Assembly: GCA_034432595.1 (NCBI GenBank)
Contig: DAOUBT010000033.1
Location: 2,353-66,352 of the forward strand
Source of the DNA: Anaerolineae bacterium
GTDB lineage: Bacteria; Chloroflexota; Anaerolineae; B4-G1; SLSP01
Direction of reading: 5' to 3'
DNA: 64,000 nt
How positions within the stretch are numbered: the stretch's first letter is position 1; the number at the start of each line of letters is the position of its first letter. Of the stretch, positions 21,658-30,194 are shown piece by piece. The position numbers and the translations under genes are program-made. The notes under the pieces are model-generated. The model worked only from the letters and a program-made list of their open reading frames with translations. It was not told the DNA's origin and made no database searches.

Positions 21658-23415
21658 ATGCAGGCTCAAAAACGCTGGCTGATTGCTCCTGCCGCGCCAC
21701 CGGAGTTTGTGGCGCAGCTTGCTTCTGTGCCACCTCTGGTGGCGCAAGTGTTGTTTAATCGCGGTTTTGTTCGTCCACAGGAGGCCCTGCGTTTCCTCGC
21801 CGGTGAGGAACAGGACGACAATCCCTTTCTGCTGGCCGGTTTGGAACGCGCGGTGCGTGTCCTGCGTGATGCGCTGCGTCGTCATCAACGCATCGCCGTG
21901 TATGGGGACTACGACGCGGACGGCGTCACCGCGACCGCGGTACTGGTGGACGTGTTACGCGCGCTCGGCGGCGATGTTATCCCCTACATTCCTAACCGCA
22001 ACGCTGAAGGCTATGGCCTGAACGCCGAAGCGATTGACTTTCTCGCGGCACAGGGGGTGCGCGTCCTGGTCACGGTGGATTGCGGCAGCCGCTCCCTAGC
22101 CGAAGTGGCTATGGCACAGCGGCGCGGGATGCGCGTCATCGTTACGGATCATCACCACCTGGGACCGGCGTTACCCGTGTGCGAGGCGGTTGTTGTCCCC
22201 CGCCGTGAGGATAGCGCCTATCCCTGCCGCGATCTGGCCGGGGTGGGGGTGGCCTATAAGGTGGCGCAGGCCCTGTTGCGCACCAATGCGCGCGTGCCCC
22301 TGCCGGGAACGTGCGCCGAGCTTTCCGAGCGGGATTTGTTAGACCTGGTGGCGCTGGGCACGGTGGCGGATATGGTGCCCCTGTTTGGGGAAAATCATCG
22401 CCTGGTGCGCGCGGGGCTGCTGGAATTGAATGCCGCGCGACGTCCGGGGATTAACGCCCTGCTGCAGGTGGCCGGTGTGCAGCCCGGCACGGTGAACGCG
22501 AACACTATCAGCTTTGTCCTGGCGCCACGCATCAACGCGGCGGGGCGGATTGGAAAAGCGCACACGGCCCTGGATTTGCTCCTGGCGCGGGATGTGGCCA
22601 CCGCCTTGCCACTGGCCGAGATGCTGGAGCAGATGAACCGCGAGCGGCAGGACTTAACGCTTATCGCCTATCAACAGGCGCGCGAGCTGGTGCGGGCACA
22701 GGTCGAAGCGGATGCGGCGCTGCTCTTTGCTGCCGCGCGCAATTTCCCGGCGGGCATTATCGGGCTGGCTGCGGCGCGGCTGATGGATGAGTTCTATCGC
22801 CCGGTGGTCGTGGTGGAGATGGGGGATCCGTATAGCCGCGGCTCGGCGCGTTCGATCCCCGGTTTCCACATCACGGAAGCTTTAGAGCAGGTGTCGGATG
22901 TGCTGATACAGTTTGGCGGTCACGCTGCAGCAGCGGGGTTCACCGTCGAAACAGCGCGCCTTTCGGAATTGCAGGCGCGGCTGCAGGCGATAGCCGCCTC
23001 GCAGCTACACCCTGAGGCGCTGGAGCGCGTGCTGTTGGCCGATGCGCAAATCCCTTTGAGCGCACTTTCGTGGGATGTGTACAACGCGCTCATGCAGTTG
23101 GAACCTTTTGGGTACGGAAATCCGCAGCCGGTTTTTGTCAGCCCCCATGTCAAGGTGGCGAACGCGCGCGCCGTGGGGACGCAGGGGCAACATCTCAAAC
23201 TAACCCTGGAAGATGAGACCGGTCTGTTGTGGGATGCCATCGCTTTTCGCATGGGGGATTGGATCGAGCGGATGCCGCGCTATGTGGATGTGGCTTACAT
23301 CCTGGATCGCAACGAGTGGAACGGGCGCGTCAGCCTGCAGTTGCTGGTGCAGGATTTGCGTTTCCCGGAGGCCACACCGGCAGCTTCGCGCGCGTCGCGG
23401 GCGGCTTACCGCTAA
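21658..23415 (+). CDS. recJ: Single-stranded-DNA-specific exonuclease
   Basis: Motifs YGDYDADG, TVDCG, TDHH, GTVADMV, APRINAAGR, GGHAAAAG and LEPFGYGNPQP. Confidence 0.95.
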   Translation: MQAQKRWLIAPAAPPEFVAQLASVPPLVAQVLFNRGFVRPQEALRFLAGEEQDDNPFLLAGLERAVRVLRDALRRHQRIAVYGDYDADGVTATAVLVDVLRALGGDVIPYIPNRNAEGYGLNAEAIDFLAAQGVRVLVTVDCGSRSLAEVAMAQRRGMRVIVTDHHHLGPALPVCEAVVVPRREDSAYPCRDLAGVGVAYKVAQALLRTNARVPLPGTCAELSERDLLDLVALGTVADMVPLFGENHRLVRAGLLELNAARRPGINALLQVAGVQPGTVNANTISFVLAPRINAAGRIGKAHTALDLLLARDVATALPLAEMLEQMNRERQDLTLIAYQQARELVRAQVEADAALLFAAARNFPAGIIGLAAARLMDEFYRPVVVVEMGDPYSRGSARSIPGFHITEALEQVSDVLIQFGGHAAAAGFTVETARLSELQARLQAIAASQLHPEALERVLLADAQIPLSALSWDVYNALMQLEPFGYGNPQPVFVSPHVKVANARAVGTQGQHLKLTLEDETGLLWDAIAFRMGDWIERMPRYVDVAYILDRNEWNGRVSLQLLVQDLRFPEATPAASRASRAAYR

Positions 23416-23575
23416 GGCATCCGCTTGGTTTGCACGGTCTTAATCATGGGGGCCGGCGCTTAAAACCGCGCCTGATGGGCGCTGTGCGTCGGGCGACCGC
23501 GGAGGCGGTCGCGTCTGGCTTCATCATCATCATGCAACGCGGCGACCTGCGCCGACGTGATAACAGGATTGTGGC

Positions 23576-25111
23576 ATGGAAACCATCATCATCACCGGTG
23601 AGCATTTAACGATGGAGGATGTGGCCGCGGTGGCACAGGGGGCGACGGTTGCCCTGGCCCCGCAGGCTGTGCAGGCGATGGAACGTTCCTGGCAGGGCGT
23701 GCTCAAGCTGCTGGAGCGCGGTGAAATCGCTTACGGCATCACCACTGGCTTTGGTGCCTTCAAAGGGCGCATCATCCCCCGCCACGAGGTGGAGGCGCTG
23801 CAGCGCAATCTCGTGCTCAGTCACGCGGCGGGGAGCGGGCCGCTGCTGGATGAGGCGGACGTGCGCGCGGTGATGCTTGTGCGCGCCAACACCCTGGCCA
23901 TGGGGCATTCCGGCATCCGCCCGCAGGTGGTGGAGCGTCTGATTCAGTTGCTCAACGCCGGGGTCGTGCCCTGCGTGCCGCGGTATGGCTCGGTAGGGGC
24001 CAGCGGCGATCTGGCGCCTCTGGCGCATCTGGCGCTGGTGCTTTTGGGGGAAGGGGAAGCCTGGTATCGGGGGGCGCGTCTGCCTGGCGCGGAAGCGCTC
24101 CGGCGTGCCGGTCTGGAACCCATCGCCTTGCAGGCGAAAGAGGGCCTCGCGCTCATCAACGGGACAGCGGTCATCACGGCGCACGGGACGCTGACCACCC
24201 TGCGCGCCGAAAACCTGGTGCGCGCTGTGGACATCGCCGCGGCGCTCTCGCTCGAAGCGCTGCGCGGCACCCCCGCTGCTTTTGATGCACGCATCCATCA
24301 GTTGCGCCCGCATCCCCGGCAGGTGGACGCGGCGGCCTTTATCCGCCGGCTGATCGAGGGGAGCACCTTCTTGCGTCCCCATGACCCGCGCGACATTCAG
24401 GATGCGTATAGTTTGCGCTGCATTCCTCAGGTGCACGGCGCGGTCCGGGATACGGTGGCCTATGCGCGTTGGGCCCTGGAAATCGAACTCAACGCTGTGA
24501 CCGATAACCCCCTCATCTTCTTTGAAGGCGAACAGCCGGTGGTGCTTTCCGGCGGCAATTTCCACGCCGAGCCGCTGGGCCTGGCGTTAGATTACCTCAA
24601 ACTCGGCCTCACGGATTTGGGCAATATCAGCGAACGGCGCACGGCGCGCTTGCTGGATGAGGCGCTCAATCGTGGGCTGCCGCCCTTCCTCACGCGCCAC
24701 GGCGGCCTGGAAAGCGGCTTGATGATTGCCCAATACACCGCCGCGGCCCTGGCTTCCGAGAACAAGGTGCTGGCGCACCCGGCTACGGCGGACTCCATCC
24801 CCACCTCCGCCAACACGGAGGACCACGTGAGCATGGCCGCGCACGCGGCGCAGCACGCGCGGCAGGTGCTGGAGAATGTGGAAACGATCGCGGCGATTGA
24901 GCTGCTGGCCGCAACACAGGGCATTGACTTCCGCCGCGAACAGCTCGGCGCGGCGGCACGCTTGGGACACGGTACGCAGGTGGCTTACGAGCTGGTCCGT
25001 GCGCGCGTGCCCTTCATCGAGCACGATCAGCCCCTGGCTCCTCACATCGAGGCGTTGCGTCAGCTCATCGCCAGCGGGGAGCTGGTGGCCGCGGTGGAGG
25101 AGGTGGCCTGA
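23576..25111 (+). CDS. hutH: Histidine ammonia-lyase
   Basis: MIO-forming ASG in GSVGASGDLAPL, plus YGITTGFG and QDAYSLRC; His-type LVLSH specificity residues. Confidence 0.9.
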   Translation: METIIITGEHLTMEDVAAVAQGATVALAPQAVQAMERSWQGVLKLLERGEIAYGITTGFGAFKGRIIPRHEVEALQRNLVLSHAAGSGPLLDEADVRAVMLVRANTLAMGHSGIRPQVVERLIQLLNAGVVPCVPRYGSVGASGDLAPLAHLALVLLGEGEAWYRGARLPGAEALRRAGLEPIALQAKEGLALINGTAVITAHGTLTTLRAENLVRAVDIAAALSLEALRGTPAAFDARIHQLRPHPRQVDAAAFIRRLIEGSTFLRPHDPRDIQDAYSLRCIPQVHGAVRDTVAYARWALEIELNAVTDNPLIFFEGEQPVVLSGGNFHAEPLGLALDYLKLGLTDLGNISERRTARLLDEALNRGLPPFLTRHGGLESGLMIAQYTAAALASENKVLAHPATADSIPTSANTEDHVSMAAHAAQHARQVLENVETIAAIELLAATQGIDFRREQLGAAARLGHGTQVAYELVRARVPFIEHDQPLAPHIEALRQLIASGELVAAVEEVA

Positions 25112-26091
25112 TGCGGGCACTGGTCACGGGAGCGACGGGGTGTGTTGGGGCGAACATCGTCGAAGCCCTGCTCGCGCAAGGGCACGAGGTGCGGGCCTTG
25201 CGCCGGAGCACCTCCCGCCTGGATGCGCTGGACGGTTTGCAGCCGGCCTTCGTGCTGGGCGATGTCAATGATTACGCCTCCCTGGAAGCGGCGATGCGGG
25301 GGTGCGATTGGGTCTTCCACGCTGCGGCGATTTCGCAGTACTGGCGCAACAAGCCGGAGACGATTTTCCGCGTTAACGTCGAGGGGACCAAAAATGTGTT
25401 GCGCGCTGCTCAGGCTTGCGGCGTGCGGCGCGTGGTCTTCACCAGCTCCGCGGGGGCGCTGGGCGTGCCGGCGCGCACGGGTGAGTGGATTGACGAAACC
25501 CATCCTTTCAATCAGCCGCCGGAGCGCTTCCCCTATGGCTACAGCAAGGTCCTGGCCGAACAGGAAGTGCAGGCAGCGGTGGCCTCCGGTCTGGATGTGG
25601 TGATCGTTAATCCGGTGAGCGTGATTGGACAGCGCGATGTGTACTTTGTGGGCGGCGAAATCATCCGTCAGGCGCGGCGCGGGCGCTTGCTGGCCGTGCC
25701 GCCGGGCGGGACGAGCTTTGTGTCGGCGCGCGCGGTGGGCCTGGGCCACGTCCTGGCCGCCGAGCGCGGGCTGAGCGGCGAGCGCTATCTCCTGGCCGGG
25801 GATAACGTCACCTACATGGAGCTGGCGCAGACCATCGCCGAGGTGATTGGATGCAAGCCGCCGCGTTACGTCATCCCGCCGCGCTGGATCGAACCTCTGG
25901 CGCGCGTCCTGGACGGCCTGGCGCGGGCTGGCATCCACGTGGGGATAGAGGGCAATCAGTTGCGCCTGAGCGCATTGCCTTTATACTTCGATGGCAGCAA
26001 GGCCGAACGCGAGCTGGGCTTCCCGCACGTGCCGCTGCGTGCCGCCGTCGAAGAGGCCTGGACGTGGTACCGCGCCCACGGTCTGTTGTAG
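25111..26091 (+). CDS. Extended SDR, NAD-dependent epimerase/dehydratase (dihydroflavonol-reductase-like)
   Basis: Motifs TGATGCVG, FHAAA and YGYSK (YxxSK); start overlaps the hutH stop. Confidence 0.88.
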   Translation: MRALVTGATGCVGANIVEALLAQGHEVRALRRSTSRLDALDGLQPAFVLGDVNDYASLEAAMRGCDWVFHAAAISQYWRNKPETIFRVNVEGTKNVLRAAQACGVRRVVFTSSAGALGVPARTGEWIDETHPFNQPPERFPYGYSKVLAEQEVQAAVASGLDVVIVNPVSVIGQRDVYFVGGEIIRQARRGRLLAVPPGGTSFVSARAVGLGHVLAAERGLSGERYLLAGDNVTYMELAQTIAEVIGCKPPRYVIPPRWIEPLARVLDGLARAGIHVGIEGNQLRLSALPLYFDGSKAERELGFPHVPLRAAVEEAWTWYRAHGLL

Positions 26092-26128
26092 AAGGGAGCG
26101 TCGGATGACGGTCGAGTTGTTACCAGGT

Positions 26129-26315
26129 GTAATGGCTTACCTTCAGCACCAGAACTGCGTTTGAAAGCGTCGCTGGTGCGATTTTACCCGCCAGCCTGGA
26201 TAGGGTATCCGATGATGGCAACACCCTTGGGGTGGGCGAGAAGGCATTGCTTCGCCTCTCCCTACCTCGCCTGAAGGTGCTATTGGACCGTCATCCGGAC
26301 AGGGTGAGCCGTTAC
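26129..26315. mobile_element. MITE-like element, 187 bp
   Basis: Left end GTAATGGCTTACC, right end GGTGAGCCGTTAC, subterminal ACCTTCAG/CTGAAGGT, and internal palindrome at 26230-26262. Confidence 0.68.
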
Positions 26316-26347
26316 TGTCAGTTTTGAGTTCGAATGAAGAGGAGCGT

Positions 26348-27889
26348 ATGCCCCGGCGTAGATACAGAGATGATTGGTATCGCAAATACGACGCTTATGG
26401 CTATCGTAAGCGCACATCCTGGCCGCGTGTCCTGGTCCTGTTGGTGTTGATTGCGGCGGGCCTGTATGTGCTGCGCGAGCGCTTCAAGCAGGAGGAGGCG
26501 CTGCCGCTGCCTGTGTTGACCAGCGCCGCCACGCCGCCCACCCCGACCCCTTCCGCGCTTTCCTATAGCTTGCAAGCAGAGGAAGCTACCGATCGTGGCG
26601 AACTGAGCGCGGCCATCAAGGCGTATGAGCAGCTCATCGCGCTTGAACCGGCCAACTACGACGCCTATCTCGCCCTGGCGCGGCTGTATAGCCTGACCGG
26701 TCGTCCGGAACGCGCCTACGACCTGACGCGCTACGTCTTACAAATGGACCCGAACAACGCCCACGCCTGGGGGACGCTGGCGCTGGCTTACGATTGGATG
26801 TACGTCCTGGAGGATGCCATCCGCGCCGGGCAGAAGGCCGTGGCCTTAGCGCCCGATGCTGCCAGTGCCTATGCCCATCTGGCCGAGGCTTATGCCGACA
26901 ACAAGGACTGGTACAATGCCGCGCAGGCGGCGCAAACTGCCCTCACGCTCAATCCGCAGGATGTGGATGCGCTGCGCGCCAACGCTTACGCTTTGGAGTT
27001 GCAAGGCTTCTTCAACGACGCTCTGGACGGGTACGCGCAGGCCTTGCAAATTGCTCCCTCTTTCGGGCCGCTCCTCATTGCACAGGGACGGGTCGCCACC
27101 TCCATGGGAGACTATGTGACCGCGCAGGAAAGCTATCAGAAGGCGGTGGATGCTGACCCGCTCAACGCGGAAGCGTTAGACCTGTTGGGCTGGACTTACC
27201 TGGTCAACGGGGAGTACGAGCAGGCGGAAATCTACTTCCGCCGTGCCCTGGAAGCGGTCCCCACCTACTTCCAGGCGCATGGGCACATGGGGACGCTCTA
27301 TTTCCAGCGCCGCAACTACGAGGAGGCCATCCCCGCCTATCGGCAGGCGGTGCGCTACGGCGAGGCGGAAAGCCGCCGCAAAACCGCTTACATCCTTATT
27401 ACCCTGGAAAGCGCCGATGCCATCGGTGATCAGCCGGCGGGGGAGCGCATTGCCCGCGGCGATTTTTCCCATCCGCGCAATCCCGAAGGTCCCTTGCGCG
27501 CGGCGATTTCCGGCAGCGAGGAAGCCGTGGCTACCGTGCGCGGCGCGGCAAGGCTGGACGTGATGACCGGTCTCTACAGTCTACGGCTGACGGGCCTGCC
27601 GTCCGCGCCGGCGGGTAAGGCCTACGTGGCCTGGTTCGTGCGCCTGCGCACCCCCTCGCGCGCTATCGTGCACAGCGAGCCTTTTTATCCCGATGCCGAA
27701 GGGCGCGTCACGCTGAACGGCGAGACCGGCGCCGTGCGCGGGGTTCCGATCGAATACTACTACACCCTGGCTCTGTGTCACTACTTCCTGGCACAGTGCG
27801 AGCAGGCTGACCCTTACTTGAACGTTGCTTTAGCCATTGATGCTGAAGATGCCAATGCCCTGCAAATCTGGAAGCTTTGCCACCCGTAA
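26348..27889 (+). CDS. Membrane-anchored TPR protein with an inserted beta-rich domain
   Basis: N-terminal TM VLVLLVLIAAGLYVL and ~8 TPR-like repeats (AxxxYxxAxxxxP); non-TPR insert near the C-terminus. Confidence 0.8.
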   Translation: MPRRRYRDDWYRKYDAYGYRKRTSWPRVLVLLVLIAAGLYVLRERFKQEEALPLPVLTSAATPPTPTPSALSYSLQAEEATDRGELSAAIKAYEQLIALEPANYDAYLALARLYSLTGRPERAYDLTRYVLQMDPNNAHAWGTLALAYDWMYVLEDAIRAGQKAVALAPDAASAYAHLAEAYADNKDWYNAAQAAQTALTLNPQDVDALRANAYALELQGFFNDALDGYAQALQIAPSFGPLLIAQGRVATSMGDYVTAQESYQKAVDADPLNAEALDLLGWTYLVNGEYEQAEIYFRRALEAVPTYFQAHGHMGTLYFQRRNYEEAIPAYRQAVRYGEAESRRKTAYILITLESADAIGDQPAGERIARGDFSHPRNPEGPLRAAISGSEEAVATVRGAARLDVMTGLYSLRLTGLPSAPAGKAYVAWFVRLRTPSRAIVHSEPFYPDAEGRVTLNGETGAVRGVPIEYYYTLALCHYFLAQCEQADPYLNVALAIDAEDANALQIWKLCHP

Positions 27890-28020
27890 GCGTTCATGCT
27901 GTTCATGAGACGGCTCAGCCTGATGCGTTTAACCGTCGGGATGCCTGAACGTAGCAACGGTGTGTTTCCTGCGGTTAACAGGTCAGACAGAGTCATTACC
28001 TTGCAATAAAGGGGGGATTT

Positions 28021-29826
28021 ATGGCTGGGCCATCGCGAATGTATCTGGTTCGAGGAGTAGCCGCGGCGAAAGCCGGTGACATAACCGAGGCGCGTCTCTA
28101 TCTGGAAAAACTTCTCGCGCTTGGCCCGACACCCGACGAAGAGGAAAAGGCCAAGCTCTGGCTGGCGCGTATTGAGACCGATCCGGCGAAAAAACGCGAT
28201 TGGTTTGAGACCCTGGCGGTTGAGTTTCCGTTCAATCCGGAGATCCAACGCGAGCTGGCGCTGCTCAAAGGTGAACTGAAACCCGATGAGCTGATCAATC
28301 CTGACAGCCTGGAGTCTGTTGCAGCTACAGCTCCGCGCTGCCCACGCTGCGGAAGTGAGCTGGGGGTGGAAGAAGGGGCGACGGAGCGGCGCTGTCCGTT
28401 GTGCGGCTGGTACGCCGCCCTGGTGCCGGAAGCGATTCCCGCCGCCGATGCGGAGACGCTGCTCCGTCAGGGCATGGCGGCGGCACGCGGTGGGGATAAG
28501 GAGCGCGCGCGGCAGGCATTCACCCGCATCCTGCAGGCTAAGCCGGATACGGTGCCGCAGGAGACGGTGATTCAGGCGTGGTTGTGGCTGAGCGGTTTGA
28601 CCACCTCGGTGGAAGAGCGCCGCCGTTGCCTGGAGGCGGTGCTGCGCCTTAACCCGGACCATGCGATTGCTAAGCAGGGCCTGGCGTTATTGGACGCGCA
28701 GACTCCCCCTCAGCCCACCGCTACGCCGGACGAAGCGCCCGCAGACCCGGTGGCCATGCTCAAAGCACGACGCATCACTTGTCCAAAGTGTGGAGGGAGC
28801 ATGACCGCGCGCGGAAACAATTTGGAATGCGATTACTGCGGCTATAAGCGCCCGATCCTGTATGCATTACACGAAAGTTCCGTTGCCGGGGAACAGAATT
28901 TTACGGTAGCGCTTGCTACGGCGAAAGGTCACCGTCTCCCCATTGGCATGGGGGTGCTGAAATGTCAGGCCTGTGGCGCGCAGTACCTGCTGCTGGCGAC
29001 GCAGATGTCGGTTAAATGCGCTTACTGCGGCTCGCCCCATGTGGTTGAGGCTGGGCAGATGTCCCTCATCTCACCGCACGGAGTGGTGCCCATGGAGGTG
29101 ACTGCCGGGCAGGCGGAACTGGCTCTGCGGGCCTGGCTGGAGGAGAAAAAGCTTCAGGATGCTGTGTACATCGTCTCGTTGCAGGGGGCTTTTGTGCCGG
29201 TATGGACGTTCGATGTGGGCGGTGAGGTGGCCTGGCAAGCTACGGTTGTCGTAAATGAGAGGGGTCGCAATAATAGCATGGTTCGCTATGATGTTTCGGG
29301 TGCATATCCGCTGATGGAAGATGATGTGCGCGTGCCGGCGAGCCACACGCTCCCCATGAAATTGAGCGGTGTTGTGGATACCTTTGACACAAATCAGGCC
29401 AAACCTTTTATGCCGGAATTTGTGGCAAGTTGGCCGGTGGAAATCTATAGCGTTACGGTTTCCGACGCTTCAATTGTGGCGCGTTCCAAGGCACTTTCCA
29501 ACAAGCAAAGTGCGATAGACTTTCAGATTCGTATGCAAACCCAGGGTGGGTCAGTGCACAATCTCCGTGTTAACACCGCACGTGTGGCGATTCAATCCTA
29601 CAAGCTGGTGTTGATTCCTCTGTGGGTAGCGCGTTACAAACCGGTCACCGGCGTAGAAGAGGACGCGAAGCCGGGTTACATCGTCATTCAGGGACAGACC
29701 GGCACGGTATACGAGCCACCGCGACACAGCCTGATGGGTGACCAACTCGGCACTGCTCTGGACGAGCTCCTGGACGACGTGAGTGATTTCCTGGGTGGGT
29801 TGTTCGGGCGGCGCAAGAAAAGCTGA
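28021..29826 (+). CDS. TPR-like and multi zinc-ribbon protein
   Basis: Three CxxC..CxxC pairs (CPRC/CPLC, CPKC/CDYC, CQAC/CAYC) and two similar helical modules; RBS GGGGG. Confidence 0.75.
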   Translation: MAGPSRMYLVRGVAAAKAGDITEARLYLEKLLALGPTPDEEEKAKLWLARIETDPAKKRDWFETLAVEFPFNPEIQRELALLKGELKPDELINPDSLESVAATAPRCPRCGSELGVEEGATERRCPLCGWYAALVPEAIPAADAETLLRQGMAAARGGDKERARQAFTRILQAKPDTVPQETVIQAWLWLSGLTTSVEERRRCLEAVLRLNPDHAIAKQGLALLDAQTPPQPTATPDEAPADPVAMLKARRITCPKCGGSMTARGNNLECDYCGYKRPILYALHESSVAGEQNFTVALATAKGHRLPIGMGVLKCQACGAQYLLLATQMSVKCAYCGSPHVVEAGQMSLISPHGVVPMEVTAGQAELALRAWLEEKKLQDAVYIVSLQGAFVPVWTFDVGGEVAWQATVVVNERGRNNSMVRYDVSGAYPLMEDDVRVPASHTLPMKLSGVVDTFDTNQAKPFMPEFVASWPVEIYSVTVSDASIVARSKALSNKQSAIDFQIRMQTQGGSVHNLRVNTARVAIQSYKLVLIPLWVARYKPVTGVEEDAKPGYIVIQGQTGTVYEPPRHSLMGDQLGTALDELLDDVSDFLGGLFGRRKKS

Positions 29827-29865
29827 GGGGGGATGAAAAGGGCAGGAGACTTTGTGACTGATTGA

Positions 29866-29949
29866 GGGTGGGCGAAGGCGTTTCCCTCGGCTACCCCAAA
29901 CCTACCCCCTGGGTGTTGCAATCAACGGATGCCCTATCCAGGCTGGCGG
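29866..29949. repeat. Inverted partial copy of the 26129-26315 element
   Basis: Palindrome at 29866-29896. 29911-29949 is the reverse complement of 26188-26226 (36/39 identical). Confidence 0.8.
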
Positions 29950-30194
29950 TTGAACCCGCGCCATAAGGGCCCTTTCTGTGCCCTGCGGGTATCTACGACT
30001 TACACGGTCGCGACCTGAGGACGCGCAAGTCCGCTTGCACGTCCCTAGCGGCAAGCTCAATCGCTGTTTGGGTGCTGGAGGTAAGTAGCTACCTCGAAAA
30101 AACCGGATTCGTTTTCCTTCCCACAGGTCCATTGGGGTCGCTGTGGTTATTTAAACGCGATGCATGGTGTTTATCCCCGTTCCCCGGAGGTGTT

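Noticed and set aside
23522-23533. (CAT)4 run upstream of hutH as a His leader peptide
   Set aside because: The His frame has no ATG/GTG/TTG between the upstream stop (23441-23443) and the run.
23576-25111. PAL/TAL assignment suggested by the DFR-like neighbour
   Set aside because: The specificity positions read SH (LVLSHAAG), the histidine-type signature, not FL or HL.
26129-26315. GTAAC..GTTAC-ended elements as integron attC sites
   Set aside because: Ends do not fit RYYYAAC/GTTRRRY with L boxes, they are not arrayed between cassette ORFs, and no integrase is present.
29960-30015. Possible purine riboswitch upstream of the xanthine dehydrogenase-like gene (GTATCTAC between two small stems)
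   Set aside because: Loops lack the conserved GAUAUGG/CCGUAAA kissing sequences and there is no convincing P1. An Infernal scan with the Rfam Purine model would settle it.
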